DNA of 62,862 nt, filler included, from Klebsormidium nitens (taxonomy: Eukaryota; Plantae; Klebsormidiophyceae): the NCBI GenBank assembly GCA_000708835.1. It is 7 parts of 7 records of this genome, joined end to end, with 100 filler letters (N's around TTAATTAATTAA, not from the genome) between each part and the next. Parts side by side here need not be neighbours in the genome. Positions count along the whole stretch, not along the records: positions 10,539 to 32,790 come from DF237909.1; positions 32,891 to 36,681 come from DF237594.1; positions 36,782 to 52,533 come from DF238001.1; 4 more parts are not named here. One strand, given 5' to 3'. Below the pieces are notes generated by a model. It searched no databases, was not told the DNA's origin, and worked only from the letters and a program-made list of their open reading frames with translations. The translations under genes were made by a program, and so were the position numbers. Of the stretch, positions 28,276 through 42,000 are shown one piece after another (the stretch's first letter is position 1; every line of letters starts with the position of its first letter).

Positions 28276-31200
28276 ATGGACTATGAGATCAAAGCTGCCG
28301 CTAAGAAGTTGGAGGCAGAGCAGAAAGCTCGCCTGGAGAGAACACGGAGAAGACTGGAACAAGAGAGGAAAGCGAAAGATGAAGCCAAGCGAAGGCAGGT
28401 GAGACTCGTTTTAGCTGCACAAATATCTTCTGTGGTTTGCTAGCATCAGAAAGAGTGTGCAAGAGTTTATTTCCTGCTATGATGCTGACAGTTGGTCGCC
28501 TGCTATGATGCTGACAGTTGGTCGCGCATTTTTCAACTTCCTGATGTGCAGACTTTTCAAAATGCAAATAGACATGTGCCCGCTCAACGTTTGAAAGGTT
28601 CCTCTGGGGTTTCAAGTCACACCACCTTTTCACAAGGGTTTTCTTTGAGAATAATATGGGATCTCAATATGAGTTCTTAAGGAGCACGTTGTACCAAAAC
28701 TTCCATATCCAGGCAGTCTTGTAAGAGCCGCGCCAAAGCGGATCAGGCACAATGTTGGCCTTCGCTGACGTTGGGAAAAGTCATGTCAGAACAGGACAAG
28801 AAAGTAATTTCAGGATCAGGCAACAATTTGCCCTTGTTCTCTGTCAGACCGCTGAGCTTAGAAATCATGGGTTTAGAGGAGGACACTGGTTGGACGCATT
28901 ACTCCATCCTCTTTTCATTGTTGTTGTTTACTCCTTCCTTTGCACCACTGATTGTATTGGCTATACTGATCAAACCATATTGGAAAGTCCTAATAAAAGG
29001 CTTAGCCACCTTTCTGCCCCCTCACTGATCAAAAGTCGGGGCTTGAACTCTGTTCACTTTACCCTTGTACAGGAAGCATTTGAGGAGGAGCACCGCAAGC
29101 GTCGCCTCGCTGATGCAGTCGCCGCAGAGGCCGCACGCAAGAAGCTGGAAGACGAGATCTCCGCCGGACAGGGCATCCGCTTCACTCGCAGGCTCCGCAC
29201 TTCCCTCCTGCCTGGGCATAACGTAACTAGCAGCGGCGACAAGATCACTTTGCCCCAGTCTGTCCTGGCGGACTTGCAGATGCAGGGGGCGCTCGACAAA
29301 GGCCCCATATTCTTTGAGATCGTCACGTCCGAGGTGGCAGCTAGGAGAGAGGCGCAGACCGCAGCTGAGGCAGCGGCAGCCTTAATAGGGCCTGGGGACA
29401 GAGTCGCTGATTCCCAGGAAGAAGCAACGGGGCGGACACACGCAGGGGTGCTGGAGTTCACCAGTGAAGAGGGCTTCGTGGGGCTCCCCAGACATGTGGC
29501 TAATTGTCTTTGGGGGCAGGATCTGGGGGAATTAGGCTGGGAGGGGCGGGACGTGGTGGTTAAGTACGTGCGCCTGTCGAAAGGGACGTATGCAAAGCTA
29601 CAGCCGGCGGGGAACACCGAATTTGCTGACGTGGCAAACCACAAGGCGGCGCTGGAGACGGCGCTAAGAACGCATGCGACGCTGACTGTGGGGGATGTGC
29701 TAGTGGTGCGCCATGGGGGGGTGGACTACGAGCTGAGAGTGGTGGAACTGAGGCCGGCGCCTCAGGTGAGAGGCCACTTCTTCCCTTCTGGTTCTTGTTA
29801 AGGAAGGTCGCCACTGCGAATTGAACCATTGACGTCAAGGGCGTGAGTCCTTCGATGATATGACAATTTCTTTCTTGGGGTGATTAATGCAACAAGTGGA
29901 TGGTTGATGGAAGGTACGCTGGGATCGTGGTTCGAAACTCCTCTTAGTCTAAGACGTCGTTTGCTTCTCTCTTTGAAGAAACCTTTTCTGTCATTTTCTC
30001 AAATCTCCTTAAGTACAGATATGGCCGCTGCTTTGCCATGATGACGCATCACAGAAAAGATTTCTATCCACGGAATCTCCCTGATGATACACTGGAATAT
30101 TTCCTTCCATACACGAAAGTAGCCTGAGATGCTCGCTTGCCCTTGCACTCGATGTACGGTACAGTCACGTTTTCAACACCAGCGTATCAGAAGTCAACCC
30201 CTGAGAGCTCATTAATTTGGAGGCCGATGTCAGTTGTTCAGAGGCACGACGTCATTGCTTGAGCCTTGCTTTCCTGTGCTATTGAGCTGACTCATACTCA
30301 GAATTAGTGCTTTTCTAATATGTATCTGATTGAGCTCGACACAGATTTGCTTCCCACTCTCCTTCCCACTGCAACGTTGATCTGCTTTGAGCTCGCTTGA
30401 GCTTCGTTGGTTCCAAAAGTTTGAAGTACTTTCATCTTTTGTTCAGATCTCGAACAAGACGCGCTAATCTGACAAAGGCCGCTGACTTTTTGCTGTTTCG
30501 ACTTTCCGCAGGTCACTGTCATCGACACCGACATGGAGGTCGACATCGAGCCGACCGTTGAGCGTGCGGAGGTGCTCAAGCGGAGTGAGCTCAAGATCGG
30601 CGCCGCGCCTGTTTCTGGCGAAATCTCCGAAGGCAACACCCGCTTCTTCCGCTTTCCCCTAGACTCCGCATCTGCAAGCGCGATTACTGAGGGAACGAGC
30701 AATCTCGTGATTACGCTAGAGGGTAGCGGGGAAGGAGCAGACGCCGATTTGTACGTTGCAGCGCACCCTAATTTGCACCCCAACCCCCACAGCCACCAGT
30801 TTTCGAGCCACGACGTGGGAACCAAAACCGTCATTATTTCGGGGGACGCTCTCAGAACCCTTTCTCCGACCGACGGGCAGCTCAGTTTCGGCGTCGGAGT
30901 CCACGGTTACAAAGGCACCACGAAGTTCCGCCTGTCAGTAACACTGAAAGAGCAGGAAACGAAGGGTCAGAAGCTCGGAGGAAGTGGCGCCGCGGAGGCC
31001 CTGCCGGGAGCGGGGTACACTAGCTGCCCTAATTGCGGGCAGACCATTCCGGCTGCGTCGGCGGTCCTTCACGGGGCCTACTGCCGCCGGCACAACGCGG
31101 TGTGCCCCTTCCCGGGGTGCGGGCTCGTTCTGCGGAGAGACGAGATGAAGAACCACGTGCACTGCGAGCAGTGCGGGAAGGGTCTTGCGGCGGGGGGGGA

Positions 31201-32331
31201 GCTGGAGAAGCACGTCCGGGTCCATCACACCCCCCTGAAATGCGAGTGTGGGGCGGAGCTGGTGATGGAAGATATGGTGCGGCACAAGGCGGAGGACTGC
31301 CCACTGCGGTCCATCATGTGCAGGTGGGTCCTGTTCTAAGTTGTGTCACGGCTTTGCCGCTTTTAAGGATCCAGGTCTTTGATGTCCTGCTTTATGTCCT
31401 CTTGGGTTTCTGTGTTTCAAGAGAGCGGACTCGGACTGTCCTCCAGTCCCTTCGAGTTGACGTCGGCTAACATTTCCTTGCTTCGATTCATTTGCCCCTC
31501 TTTACACAAGATCGTGGTCCAAACAGGGCGTTCGAGAACAATTCTTCCGAACTGGTCCGTGTGTTCCGTAATCTCTTGCCGAAGCTGTGATGTGACGTTG
31601 TTCGAATTGGTAGACGAGCAGTTCGCCGGGTAGAGTTCCGCGGTTTCTTCCTTTCGTTTGGGTTTGGCCACATTCCTTAGCAACTGCGTAGCAAAGATGC
31701 TCTTCAAGATTGAGGAATTTTGACCGGTAAGTATTCACACGTGCTCTTGACAACTGGCAGGTTCTGTGGAGACCTCGTCCCTGCCGGAGGTGTTCCCGAC
31801 GACTACCGGGACCGGATACAAGGGCTTTCGGCCCACGAAGCATCCTGTGGCTCTCGTACTGCCACGTGTGAGGACTGCGGGCGCTCCATCATGCTGAAGA
31901 ACTTTGACGTGCACCGAGCTGCGGTGCACGGGCAGAGCACCAAGGGTTCCCTCCTGCCGCAACTACCCGTCGAAACCCCTATAGCTTCCCGTGAGGCTGG
32001 GACGGCTGCTTCTAGCGGTCCAGCTTCCGTAGAGTGTCCCGTGTGCGGTAGAAGTTTCTCGGGTTCGGACGCTCAGATGGTTCTCAATCGGCATCTAGAC
32101 GAGCACTTCAATCCTGCCCCAAGCGAAGAAAAGCCGACCACTGCTGTGGAGGGGGGCCGCAACGGGGCGAGCACGTCGGAGGATGTAGAGATGCTTGACC
32201 CACCAGTAGTTCCGCCAATCAGCGTGCCAAATGATGCGCTGCGGAGGAGATTAGACGTCGAGTGTCCGATATGTGGGGAGTCGGTGCATAGCGAGCGCGA
32301 CCTTAGCATGCACATAGACGCAGTGCACTAA
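28276..32331 (+). CDS. UFD1-domain protein with PPC-like insert and TRAF/C2H2/UBZ-like zinc fingers (plant UFD1-family long form)
   Basis: Phase-consistent exons 28276-28398, 29073-29765, 30512-31323 and 31761-32331. UFD1 motifs are GDKITLPQSVL, THAGVLEFTSEEGFVGLP, KGTYAKLQP, HKAALETALRTHATLTVGD and VIDTDMEVDI. Many C-x2-C/H fingers lie downstream. Confidence 0.9.
28474..28525. repeat. Exact ~26-bp tandem duplication in intron
   Basis: CTGCTATGATGCTGACAGTTGGTCGC occurs twice head to tail. Confidence 0.8.
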
Positions 32332-32890
32332 TGACATAGTGGCATGCTGTTCTAATTGATCAAGTGTACAAAGTTTGCAGACTCGTCAGATTCTGGTCCC
32401 TCTAGCCTCAAGGGATTGCGTAGGGCCAATTGCTATGAGCCGCGTGTACCTTGGACGGGGTGTAATCTGACAAGCTTATTGACGAAATGTGTACTTTGGA
32501 CAGCTCTAAGGTGACTCGTGAACCCAAGATAATTTTGAGATTGGTCTCTGCATGGCCTCGTACTGCGGCATCCTTCTCAGGCTTTGCATGAGCCATTTCA
32601 ACGTGTAGCAGGATTGTGATACCTGGGTTTGCACACCAAATTCGTTGACTATAATATTTCCCCGAATTGCAGGGAACTAGTGTTATTTCTGTCAATGTGT
32701 CGCGATCCTATCTGAGGATCTCTCTCTAAACCCAGCTGAGCCAGGCACCATGAAGCATGTCAACGCTATACAATCATGTCACACTCTGTCNNNNNNNNNN
32801 NNNNNNNNNNNNNNNNNNNNNNNNNNNNNNNNNNTTAATTAATTAANNNNNNNNNNNNNNNNNNNNNNNNNNNNNNNNNNNNNNNNNNNN

Positions 32891-34747
32891 GACGACATCC
32901 TTGGTTCGCCGGCAACGTGGTCTCAGGTTGTGACGAAGGCGAAGGAGATTTGCGAGAAGTTGCTGGCCGGCCAAGAATGGAAGCAGAGTCGAGTGGGCCC
33001 CTTCCTGAGCAAAACCTTCACCGCCGGAAACCTTCCCCCTCCTTGTGACGGAAACGGAGACGGAGAGGTGTCCGGAAAGAGAAACCTTTGGGAAAACGAG
33101 GCGGTTGCCGGGAAGAAGTGTGACGGGACGGTGCAAGCGCCGCAGCATTCTCTGGTCGGCGAGGCACGCAATGGAGACGGGCAAAAGCGTGCGGGCGCTG
33201 GCAGGACGCGTGCCGCCGCAGGGAAAGCCAGTGCTGAGCTTGCACGCGGCGGGCAGCGAGAGGGGGGTTCTAGTAGGCCTGCGCCTAGAGAGGAGTGCTC
33301 GGGGAAGCAGCAGCAAGAAGAACGGAAGCGGCGATGACAGCTCCGAGGAGGCGAAGAGAGAAGCGAAGAGCGAGAGGGTTGCAGACAAGGGTTGGGTTTG
33401 GTATAACGCGGGGTTTCAGGAGAGTGGTGGGGTTGAGGAAGTTGAAGCAGATGATCGCGGCGTTTCGATTGGAGCAGCCGGGAATTCGGCCGAGGAGGGG
33501 ATCCCTGCGGTTCCTGAGGACACGGGAGAAGCTGATGCCAAGGAGATCGCGCACATTCTGCAGGGCGTCTCGCCCCTGGCGGAAGCGCTTGAGACCGACG
33601 AGCTGGTGAACGGCACGGGCGAAAGCGTACTGGGTCCAGAAGCAGAGGTCTCGAGCCGCTTCTTGGGCGCTAACGGCAGCAGCAAACCTGGGGCTGGCAC
33701 CATGGGAAAAGGGAGCAAAGTGACCAGTGACACGGCGCACGAAAAGTGCAAACTAGACCGGGCGGCAAAAAGTGCGGACGACGGAGCGGCGGAGCCGAAT
33801 GCCATCGGAGCGGCTGAACAGCCGGGACTTGACACCGCGGTGCATGAAGAGCTCGTCGAAGAGACCCCGGCTGAAGCCAAGCCGGCTGAGGGGAGCAGAA
33901 GGACGGGGCAGTCGGGGAGTTTCACCGGGCAGAGCGGCCTGTGCAACGAGGACCTGGCAGACATGGAGTGGACACATGGTCCCTCGTACGCAGAGTTGAA
34001 CAGCGAAGACGGACGGCGTGACTCGGCCTGGGACCGTGAGATGGCCGATATTGATGCCAGTATGTATACGGAGCTCCCCCCCAAAGACGAGTCGGAATCA
34101 CGCAAGAGCTCTGCGAAGATCCTTGGGACGCCCGGCCGAGCTCTCCCCACATCGAGACCGCCCACCGGCCCCGCAAGCCGCTGTACGTCGATACGCTAGA
34201 TGATTTCCCGCAGTCAGCGCTTAACGTCCAGCCCAACCCGCCCAGCGAACAGCCGGTGAGAGGGGCCTCCAGGAACGCTGCAGTGGGGGGGGTGACCCGC
34301 GGCGGGAAGCAAGAGGGGGCCCGCGAAATGCCCATTCCAGCAGGGGGTGCGTCAGCCGGCGAAAACAAGTCCGGGCTGGTGAAGCCGTCTGCGGCTAGGG
34401 CGGGCACGGTGGGAAGGCTGATGGTTGGTGTGACCAAGAAAGGTGCGGAGGGGGCCCGGGGGAGTGGTATCGGGCGGTTCAGAAGCACGGCTAAAGCTAC
34501 CGAGGGCGGGGCGTCGGTCGGGGGTACGAGACCTGTCTCGGGAAAGGAAGCTGCGGAGGCGGGAAGTGTGGCCGGGAGAGGCAAGCCGGGGCCGGTGAAG
34601 AAAACGGCGGGAACCGAAGCGGCAGCTGAGGACAAGAAGGGCCCGGGCGGCACGCAAGGCGGCGGGAAGGGGGTCGGGAAGCCGCCGAAGGGCGCGGAAA
34701 GAGGACCGTCAGCCTCGGGCGGAAATGGACCCGTCTGGAAAGCGTGA
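32891..34747 (+). CDS. 3' part of a large low-complexity, probably disordered protein (5' end lost in gap)
   Basis: ORFs 32930-33337, 33045-34199 and ~34080-34747 join into one frame if single-base indels at the G run (~33262) and C run (~34076-34082) are corrected. It is G/A/E/K-rich with no recognised domain. Confidence 0.5.
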
Positions 34748-37700
34748 TGACAGGTAAACTTGCAGTTCGCTTGTCTAGCTCTGGCGGGAACCCTTGGGAA
34801 ACTGGTTGCGCATCTCCGCTTCAACGAACGAGCTGTTGCATTCAGTTGCCGTCCGGTGGGCTATTGCTGAGCCGATTTAAGTCTTTTGAAGAGCTTGACT
34901 CATGGCGTTTATCGCGTCTGACTCCACGAGTGTATTGAGCAACCTGTAAAGAAGACGATTCGGGCCTGCGCTTGAGCTATGAGGATATGATTCAAAGACC
35001 GATGAGCTATGCTAAAGTCTCCTTCCTTCCCTCGTACGTCTCTATCGCCTCGAACTGCCCAAAGAGAGGGGAAGTGCATCTTTTTGGGTCAAGTTTCCAG
35101 CTCGTCCTTCGTAGTGGTGGTCGTATCTGAAGACCGCCGTAATGAGTGTTGCATGTATTTCACAGGTACGGGTGGCAGCGGCGACAAGTATCGACAACTA
35201 CAGCTTGTAACATGAACATACTATACTTCAACTGTCGGGACTGGATGTAAAATGGAGAACAGGTTACGAAGGTGAGTTTGTGACGTACATACTTGATCTG
35301 GATGCTGAGCGAGGCAATGCTTTCAAGAAGCGGGAACCTATCAAACGAGCGCTAAAAAATGTACCGTCAGAGTAGACCCTGGATTCGGTAGGCTATATTT
35401 CTGATCTGAGAAGGGCTGTTCGCTCCCGTCATCGCAAGGATTCCGCACGGTTGGAGTACGTTCCTGGCGATGTACGTAGGCATAGACTTTGAGTCATGAG
35501 TAGCAAACATTCAAAGCAGACGTTGGAAACCTCGGAATCAGTATTATAGAGTGGTTGAAGTGGTTGAATCAAAAGGAGGAGCCAAGTAGTACTATGAGTG
35601 TTAGAGCTCTTGCTTTAGGGCGGGACATTATCAGCGCTCGAACACTTCATGGCAACAGATCTGACACTACGGTCTCAAATAGAGCTCTCATGCTTGAACC
35701 CTGTTTGAATTATGACAAATATTATGTGGGACATCCCTGTGTGCACCTGACCATCCTCGGAATGTCAGCAGCGCGCGGAACGCCGCGCCTGTATTAGGCC
35801 GATCCGCCACCCATCTCTGTGCGTGGCCCCATGGCCTTCCCCCCGCGCACTCTCGTCCGTTAATCAGTGCTTGTGACGCTCGAGCTCCTTTCCGGTGTCC
35901 ATTCCCGGCGCCTGCCGTGACATTGGTCGCCGAAACCAGACATTTGCAGACTCATAAGTGCACATCTTTGTCGATCCTTTCGAACCCAATCGAGACAGAG
36001 GACTACCCGCGCTTTGGAGCGGGGAAGGCGCCTCTCATGGCTTAACCAGGTAATATCATAGAGAACGAGAAACTAGCTTACTTCCACACTTTTACCGCGG
36101 ACTAAATCCTTTACGAAGACATTCAACGCAGCGAATGCAGATGGCGGGTAAAGCGCCGGGCCTCGACCCAGACTCTTGCAAACGTCAAGCCTTGACAAGC
36201 TGCGCCGAGGCTCGCGCTGTACGTACACATTGGATTTGCTTGGGAAATACGCACCCGCTCTTACAACTGAAGCGCAAACACCATGGCAGAATTCCACACG
36301 TAGCTCCACATGACTGCATCCCAGACCCGAGAAGATGGCGGTGTTTGAAGAGTCGGCGGCACAGCGGGAAGTAATGACAACCTGTATGTGGTGTGATTCA
36401 TAGATTCATAGCTGTTTGGCTGTTCACAACAGTTCACTCCTTTCATGGATTTTGAAGGTATCAACTTCAAGAAGGGGAGTTCGATATGCTTTTTCGACCT
36501 GCCAGCCTCAGTACGATCAGATTTACAAAACCTTGCAAATGAAAGAGACCGTCCACATAGAGATGTTCCAAGGAGCTGCATGAGCAACCTTAGCCAGGCC
36601 ATTCGATCTGCGTTGTTTTACTGGTTTTACATGCAAGCTTTGGTTGTTTACTGCAACGAAACACTTGATTGAAAGACACAANNNNNNNNNNNNNNNNNNN
36701 NNNNNNNNNNNNNNNNNNNNNNNNNTTAATTAATTAANNNNNNNNNNNNNNNNNNNNNNNNNNNNNNNNNNNNNNNNNNNNAGACTCCAGACATGAGCAA
36801 TCTGTCACCGGCTTGAGCCGGCCGGCGCCTCGGCGGCCGAGTGGCAATCCCGTCAGCTAGGACTAACGCGAAGTTGCTCGTGTCGAACAGCATCAATGTA
36901 ACCTTGAAGGGCTGCCGACAGTGTTAAAATAGAGAACAGGTACACAATTTGTCCCGGATAACCGGAGCGAAGTTCGGGCTGCTGATGATCATTGGGTAAA
37001 GGGAGTTCTCCCCGCTCGGATATTCTGCTCGGGAACGAGCATGCGAGACGGGTGAGTGCAATGCTGGACATTGACCACCATTAGAGTTTCCAAACGTCTC
37101 AATGTGGACTTTATTAACGGGCGACGTCGGAACATGGCCCTGAAGAATGCCTAAAGGCAGAACCATCAAGTCTTTGAAATCCTCAAGCAGGCAGCATGAT
37201 GCGAAGGGACAGCCTAGCTGGCCAAAGATGGCAGGCACAGCTGGTAATATTGTTGCAACTGTTCTTGTTGGGCATCACCATCCGGGGAAGCAAAGAAGAG
37301 GGTGAGTGGTTGTCTATCATTTGAGCATGCCATGTGAGCATCTCTGTCCTGCATGTTGTGTCAAGGCTGCATGGTGACGTGCTGCTCGAAATGCGGAGCA
37401 AGAGTGCTTTTCCTAGTCTATGCAGCTTTCAAGGTTCAGCTCTGCTGTTTGTTATGGTCATGCATGATGCTCAACTCCGTCCAAAGCTGAAGTTTTTCTG
37501 TCTCTATTTTAGGTTGGCAATGGTGTGTGTACTCTGAAGCTGGTCAGCAGCAGTGCAAGGTGCTGGCCAGGGCCGCAAGCACATGGGGAACTCATGGATC
37601 GAATTTACAATGGTGAGACCATCAAGAGACAAAAACGTTGCGACCTCCAAGGCCTGTGACTTCCGCCACAGCCCTGTCTCGAGGAGTGTGTCTGCCTTGC

Positions 37701-39072
37701 TGGATGCCCTTGCATATTCATCAAGTATGCGTCATCTTGAAGATGACAAGGCTTCCATTGTGTTCCTGGTAACTTGAATGAGACGTGCACACTGTGACCT
37801 GCTGTCATCGCTTGTTTTGACTCAGGGTGCAGGTAGAAAATTGTTCAAGTCTGGTTGGATATCATTCATGTGCTACCTTTCTGGCACCAGAACTCAGTAT
37901 GTCTGCAGTCCGTGTTCCCGTCCTGTCAATCTGCAAGAGGCCTCCTCTTATCTGACACATATTATTCCATCATGCAGCGTTAACATGCTGGACTTTGCTG
38001 CGTGCCTCGCTTCTCTCTCGGAGGGCAGCGTTGATCTGACAATGGCCCCACCTGGACCCCAGCTAGAGCTGCTTAGGGGGCTGGCTCTAGTGGACATGTA
38101 TCATGGGGAGCTGCAGAGTCGAGGGTTTGTAGGGTCCGGTCAAAAGTAGACCATGGTTGGAACCAAAGACCTTTGCCAAGGAAGGTTAACACCAACGTCT
38201 GTGGTAGAAGACCGTGTTACAGTCTGCCAAAGCATGGACTGTCTGGAAGGGCTTTCTGAGGAGGTTGCGCTTGTCCCTTTCTCCATGCTGGAGGGCCTGA
38301 GCGGTGACCTTGAGAGCAGATTCAGGTGATGGGATGGCACGTGGCTTTGAGTGTCCCAGCGTCTCAACCACATTAACATTGTTTCACTTGCTTTTCACTT
38401 GCAAGTAAAAAGCAAGTGAAACGTGTTTTACCTCTACACAGATAGGCAATGCCATTAGAAGTTCAACATGGTCTGGTCATTTGGTGGATGGCCAGTAGAA
38501 TGTTAAGCAGCCCATGCAGGGTTGCGGCGGGAAGTCTATGAAGTACTGTTGGCAACAGTGTGAACCCAGTGGCGATGCTCAGGATCATGATGCGAAGCCC
38601 ACGAAAAACTCAAATGTGGTGTTCTCATATCATGTAGCTCAAGCTGTGTGAAGAATAGCATATGACAATCACCAAACTCAAGCTGTGTCAAGAGAAGCAT
38701 ATGACAATCTGCATGACAGGACTGGTTGCTGGAAGAGGTTGTCAAACCCATTTGCCGCTGTTTTGCAGATTGGTGTGCCCACATGTGGGCTGTCAGCCAG
38801 TTCAAGGGGAGCCATGCTGGTGAGTTGACTTTCTGTGCTAGACACAATGAAAGAGTTCCGTAGTTTGCAACAATATGCAAGGACATACATGTACACTGCT
38901 CAAGCGAGATTTGGCAACATGATAGAGGCTCTTCATGCATCTCTTGCAGAACTCCATGCTCGTGAATATTTGGGCAAAAGTAGGCAACAGAGGTGTATTC
39001 GTCCAGCATATGAACCACTTATAAAATGACACTTTCACCTCACTTTGTCCCCCTCGATCTGCTCGCAGGCAC

Positions 39073-42000
39073 TTGCAAGCTCCACCACGCACAGCCATAG
39101 TATCAGTGGGTTCTGAGCAGGCCCTTCCGTTGATGGAAATGGCACGCGAGCTTGACAGGTTGGAAGCCGTTTCTTTGTTCGAACGAATGCTGGCACAGAA
39201 CAGACTGCATGGGAAGCCCTTCTGGGACGGTCCTGTGACGGGACCTTCCCAGTTGGTGCAAGCTGCAACCCGGCGCTTGCTACAAGGCCCAACTTCAAGC
39301 CCCACCAGTGAACCAGCCACTTCGGTTTCCATCACGAATCCGACTCCAATTACACCCACCTCCGGCGACCCCCCTAACGCCCCTCCTGCCCAGCCGCCGA
39401 CTCCTCCTTCCCTGACGCCGGCCCCTCCCGCCCCTGACACTCCAAGACCAACACCAGGTCCCCCTACATTTACTCCAGCTCCTCCTCTCCCTGACCCCCT
39501 TGTTCCAACAGCAAGTCCCCCTCTACCAACCGAGCTGACTCCTTCTCCAGTACAAACGCTAAAGACCCCCGACATCACTAAAGCCCCTGATGCCCCTCCC
39601 CCACCGACTCTACCGCCCCTACCGACTCTAGAGGAACAACCAATCACTAAAGCCCCTCTGGCCCTGCCCCTACCACTACCCCTATTTCGTCACCAGCTCA
39701 ACCTGTGTTCACTCCAGCCCCCCCAACCCCTGCCCCTACTGCCATGCAAGCACCAGTAATTCCCGCACCCACAGTAACTCTACCTGCTACACTTCAAGCC
39801 ACGCCTGCACCCGCGAATCCGCTTCCCACGCAGCCCCCGGCAATTGCTGCCCCAACAAACGTAGCCATACCGGTTCCAACGCAGCCCCTCTCGACAGCGG
39901 CCGCAAGCACCTCCCCTCCCACAAAAACGTCCACGCCAGCTGCGCCTCTACTGTCGGCACCCACCCCCGCCGCGACACTGGTCACCACCCCAGGTATACC
40001 AACGCTCGCCCCCACAGTTGCACCCATTGTTGCTTCCACTGTTGCACCCCGTTCCGCCACCGCCACGCCCCCCCCCACACCAGCAGGTACGTTAGCACCC
40101 CCCACAACGCCGTTTGGCACTCCTATTAGCACCACTCCGCTTGTTGCGCAAGCGCAGTCGCTGGCTCCGACACTCGCTACCGTCCCTCCAGGTACGTTGC
40201 AAATGCCCACTGCTCACTTCCGCTCCTCCTTTTCCCTTCTTTTCGAGTGCCGTACCCGTGACTTTTGCACCGGTAGTCACCCCCAGGTAAAATGCTCGCT
40301 CCACCCATTGCAACAGGTACTTCACGACTCTCCCCTCGTTTTCCCTTTGATTTCCTAACTCTTGGTTCGCCTTTCCGCTCGCTAGTCCTTGAAGTAGCAC
40401 AGGCGCCTCTTGCAGTACAGAAAGTTCGACGCATCCGCTCCGCCTAGCCCCAATAACTTTGCCAAAATGCCCAGTACCAAGCCTTTTTGCTACCTTTTAC
40501 GTTTCCACTTTAGCTTCCACGACGCTCGGGCCATCCAATTAATGCAACAGGTATGTCACCGCTCTCACCCGTTGTCTAAAGTCGGCCCTTAATATACCGA
40601 GGCCCCACCTCAGTTCGCGGCGGCTATATCGCAGGCGCTACACTAGGACCCCCCCCTATAGGTACGTCCTCCACCTCAGCTCCGCCAACTCGTACAGCTT
40701 GAAGTATACCGAGTCTGCCGAGCCGCACGCCCTCTTTTACGCTGTTTTTTCGAGCCCGCCCCAATGCACGCTTCGGCGGCCCCTTGCAACAGGTATGTTA
40801 AAGCTCCTCACTGCCACGCGAAGGTGTTACTTTAGCTCTTGATTCGCCGAGCTCCATCCCAGTCTCGGCGATAACGCAGGCGCCACAAGCCCCCCCGGCA
40901 GGTACCTCATTATTCCCATTTCTTTGAGATCCCGGAGATCCTCACTTTCTAGGTACCGCGCTGCATGCCTAAAGTGCAAAGAAAGCGCAAGTTTCAACAA
41001 TTCTCACAAACGGCCAAACCAGATGTGTTTCCCCTCTTTGAATGCAGCTTTGGTAACCACTATTGGGCCTTCTCTCCTTGGCACACTCGTTATTTCGACG
41101 AGCCCTCCTTGATACTGCAAGACGTAATGGTCTCACAGGTGTCTTCTTTTCAGTTCGACTCTGCTAGAGCGCCCGTTCTGCTGAGCAGCACGGACGGACG
41201 GCTTTGACCAGCTCTCTGATGATGCCCTCTGCCGCTTCGGAAACCGTGACGCAGCCAGGCACATTGGAGTCGCTTGTCTCCACTTCTGGTGACCTTTCAC
41301 CCACCTGGCTAAGCAGATCAGGGTCTGGACTAACCAATCCGTCGCCGACACTTCGGTGCGCCGCCCCCACCCGTGCACCCCAACTAAAGAATTCCTGTCA
41401 TCAATGCGACTCTCCCTAACGCTTTCATCGGTTCATATCTAACTAGTCTTGAGTGCCGCACTACAGGGATCAGCGGGCTCCTCAACACGAGTGCGCCCGT
41501 CAATACAAGCTTGCCCCTCAGTAGTTCACCACTGGGCGTCAACCTAAGCAATAGCCCCTTGCTCACGCCCTTCCAGAACCTTTCTCAGCTGAACGGGACG
41601 TTTGCGCTGGCAGCGCCGCCGCTCACCTTCCCTTCCCCTCCTCCTTCCGGAAAAAGTGGGTTGCGGTTCCCCCCTTTTCTATACCCATTCTTCCCGCTTG
41701 CTTACCTCTGCTTGCTGAGAGGTCTGGTGGAAAACTGTCGGAGTGTTGACGTCTGAGCTAAATGCTTGTGTAGGACTTGTCTCTTCAAGGTCAGCCTACG
41801 AGGCTCAAAAATTCGGGCTCAGCAAGGGGCTCGCCTCGGCCCTGTATTCCAGTCAATGCAAGCCCTTCAGTTGAAGTGCGACTCTTTCAATTAGGCGAGG
41901 CATGGCTATTCAAAGTTTGTCCTCATCTTGCCAAGCATTTGACTGAACTCGTATTTCGTGAACAGAACGATTCCAAAATAAATAGAGTCCGTGCAGAGTC

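Noticed and set aside
38838-40210. Gly/Val-rich minus-strand ORFs (38838-39647, 39794-40210) and 18635-18961
   Set aside because: Antisense shadows of Pro/Thr-rich coding repeats.
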